DNA from: Anaerolineae bacterium
GTDB lineage: Bacteria > Chloroflexota > Anaerolineae > CG2-30-64-16
Direction: 5' to 3'
NCBI GenBank assembly: GCA_034434235.1
Contig: DAOTZV010000098.1
Coordinates: forward strand, 8,879-72,878
Length of the DNA stretch: 64,000 nt
Part shown: in pieces, positions 62,131-64,000 of the stretch
Numbering within the stretch: position 1 is the first letter of the stretch
Layout of the letters: each line of letters opens with the position of its first letter
Notes under the pieces: model-generated
Seen by the model: only the letters and a program-made list of their open reading frames with translations
Databases searched by the model: none
Told to the model about the DNA's origin: nothing
Position numbers and translations under genes: made by a program

Positions 62131-62907
62131 GTGACTGCTATCATCACCCTGACCACCGATTTCGGCCTGCGCGACGGCTATGTCGGCGCCATGAAGGGCG
62201 TGATCCTCAGCATCGCGGCCGACGCCCGCATCGTGGACCTGACGCACGACATCGAGCCGCAGAACATCCGCCAGGCGCTCTTCGTGCTGGCGCAGGCGAC
62301 GCCGTATTTCCCCGCCGGCACGATCCATGTGGCCGTGGTCGACCCGGGGGTCGGCACCGACCGTCGGCCGCTGCTGGTGACCACGCCGCGGGCGTGCTAC
62401 GTCGGCCCGGATAACGGCATCTTCAGCGCGGCGCTGAGCGAAGAGGGGGCCCAGGCGTGGGAGCTCGATCGGCCCGCGTATTGGCTCCCCCGGCTCAGCC
62501 GGACATTCCACGGCCGCGACCTGTTCGCGCCGGTTGCCGCGCACCTGGCCCGCGGGATTCCGCCGGAACAACTGGGACATCCCATCGCCGATCCCGTCCG
62601 CCTGGCCTGGCCCCAACCGGTGCGCCACGCCGACGGCCATCTGAGCGGAGAGATCATCTACGTGGATCGCTTCGGCAACCTGATCAGCAACATTCCGGCG
62701 GCATGGCTCGCAGGCCACCGCTGGCGCGGGCACATCGCCGGCCATGCCGCGCCGATCGTTGCCGCCTACGGCGAAGGGGCCGTCGCCGCGTTGATCGGCC
62801 TGATCGGCAGCAACGACACGGTGGAAATCGCCGTGCGCAACGGGAACGCCGCACGGCATCTCGGCGTCGGAATAGGGGAAACGCTCGATCTCTGGCCGAT
62901 TTCATAG
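62131..62907 (+). CDS. SAM hydrolase / SAM-dependent halogenase family protein (DUF62, SAM hydroxide adenosyltransferase-like)
   Basis: TDFG N-terminal motif, DxHDIEP, VDPGVGT, FHGRDLFAPVAAHL blocks typical of the family. GTG start. Confidence 0.6.
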   Translation: MTAIITLTTDFGLRDGYVGAMKGVILSIAADARIVDLTHDIEPQNIRQALFVLAQATPYFPAGTIHVAVVDPGVGTDRRPLLVTTPRACYVGPDNGIFSAALSEEGAQAWELDRPAYWLPRLSRTFHGRDLFAPVAAHLARGIPPEQLGHPIADPVRLAWPQPVRHADGHLSGEIIYVDRFGNLISNIPAAWLAGHRWRGHIAGHAAPIVAAYGEGAVAALIGLIGSNDTVEIAVRNGNAARHLGVGIGETLDLWPIS

Positions 62908-62977
62908 CGTTGTTGATCACCCATTGCATCGAATTGCGAAATAAAACTCGCGTTACGCAATCCCAGGAGACATTTCA

Positions 62978-64000
62978 ATGGAGAAATTCGTCATAGAAGG
63001 CAAACACCCCTTGAGCGGCGACGTTACGCCGGCCGGCAACAAGAACGCGGCGTTGCCGCTCCTGGCCGCCACGCTGTTGACCGACGGCGAAGTGACGCTG
63101 CACAACGTGCCCCGCATCGGCGATGTAGGCACGATGCTGCAATTGCTCGCCGGGCTGGGGGTCGCGATCCGCGATGAGGGGAGCACGTTGCACCTTTGCG
63201 CGAAGGATGCCCGCTTTGCCGTCCCCCGGCCCGAGCTCTTCCAGATGGTGCGCGGGGGGATGCTCCTGGCCGGGCCGATGTTGAGCCGCTTCGGCCAGGC
63301 GATCCTGCCGTTGCCGGGCGGCGATCGCATCGGCCGGCGCCGCGTGGACACGCACCTGTTGGCCCTGGAGGCGCTGGGCGCGCAGATCGAGTTCGATCAC
63401 TACGACTTCACGATGCGTTCGACCGGGCTGCGCGGGGCCGACATCCTCCTGGACGAGGCCAGCGTCACCGCCACCGAAAACGCCGTGATGGCCGCGGTGC
63501 TGGCGCGCGGGACGACGATCATCCGCAACGCCGCGTGTGAGCCGCACGTGCAAGACCTGTGCTCCATGTTGAACTGTCTGGGCGCCAAGATCTCCGGCAT
63601 CGGCAGCAACACCCTGATCATCGAGGGGACCGATCATCTGGCCGCGGGCGAGTTCACCATCTCGCCCGACTATCTGGAGGTGGGGAGCTGGCTGGGGTTG
63701 GGGGCCGTGACGCGCGGGGAGATCCGCATCCACGGCGTGGTGCCCGACCATATGCGGATGATCAACTTCGTCTTCGGCGAGCGCCTGGGGGTGCGGATGC
63801 GCATGGAAGGGGATACCCTGATCGTGGCCGACGAGCAGGACCTGCGCATCCGCGAGGATGTCGGCGGCGCGGTGCCGAAGATAGATGACGCGCCGTGGCC
63901 CCAGTTTCCCGCCGATCTGATGAGCATCGCGTTGGTGGTCGCCACGCAAGCCAGGGGCACCGTCCTCATCCACGAGAAGATGTTCGAGAGCCGCCTCTAC
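62978..64000 (+). CDS. murA: UDP-N-acetylglucosamine 1-carboxyvinyltransferase (partial, 3' end beyond window)
   Basis: N-terminal [20 protein letters not shown] and catalytic-loop region consistent with MurA. RBS CAGGAGA. Confidence 0.8.
   Translation, partial: MEKFVIEGKHPLSGDVTPAGNKNAALPLLAATLLTDGEVTLHNVPRIGDVGTMLQLLAGLGVAIRDEGSTLHLCAKDARFAVPRPELFQMVRGGMLLAGPMLSRFGQAILPLPGGDRIGRRRVDTHLLALEALGAQIEFDHYDFTMRSTGLRGADILLDEASVTATENAVMAAVLARGTTIIRNAACEPHVQDLCSMLNCLGAKISGIGSNTLIIEGTDHLAAGEFTISPDYLEVGSWLGLGAVTRGEIRIHGVVPDHMRMINFVFGERLGVRMRMEGDTLIVADEQDLRIREDVGGAVPKIDDAPWPQFPADLMSIALVVATQARGTVLIHEKMFESRLY

Overview
Most of this window is ordinary housekeeping and polysaccharide/ABC-transport genes; the main candidates for something new are a sphingolipid-type biosynthesis operon, a helicase pair with an inserted HNH nuclease domain, and unusually dense hairpin/tandem repeats. 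The DNA is high-GC (~67%) chromosomal sequence, densely coding on both strands. Content hints at a monoderm Chloroflexota-like organism (sortase, DUF11/DUF2723/DUF4012 surface proteins, a GyrB intein), but that is inference only. Most of the long ORFs in the supplied track are antisense or out-of-frame read-through artefacts of the high GC content and are not annotated.

Recognisable genes and elements, in window order:
- proB-proA and the plsX-fabF fatty-acid pair
- a TPP-riboswitch-controlled thiamine salvage operon (thiN-like kinase plus thiBPQ ABC transporter)
- ssb, a DUF3467 protein and radC
- gdhA and queG
- two paralogous MrfA-like helicases (DEXH helicase plus DUF1998 domain)
- a four-gene sphingolipid-type operon: 3-ketodihydrosphingosine reductase homolog, N-acyltransferase, NAD-dependent epimerase/reductase, serine-palmitoyltransferase-like alpha-oxoamine synthase
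- a two-component system
- a sortase / flippase-like membrane protein / DUF11 / DUF2723 surface-protein cluster
- polysaccharide genes (DUF4012, GT2, rmlD, GT4, Wzz, nucleotide-sugar epimerases)
- a second ThiB/FbpA-family ABC transporter with a PfkB kinase
- tRNA-Leu(GAG)
- rpsU-infA-methyltransferase-rpoD
- gyrB carrying a 565-aa intein with a LAGLIDADG homing endonuclease
- the start of murA

Features worth a second look:
- The sphingolipid-type operon, unexpected in this lineage.
- An HNH nuclease domain inserted into the DUF1998 domain of one MrfA-like helicase paralog.
- At least three families of short hairpin repeats (REP/MITE-like), several in tandem arrays.
- In-frame tandem repeat expansions inside queG and at the proA 5' end.
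- An 8-mer tandem array directly upstream of gyrB.
- A diheme cytochrome c with a sortase-type C-terminal sorting signal.
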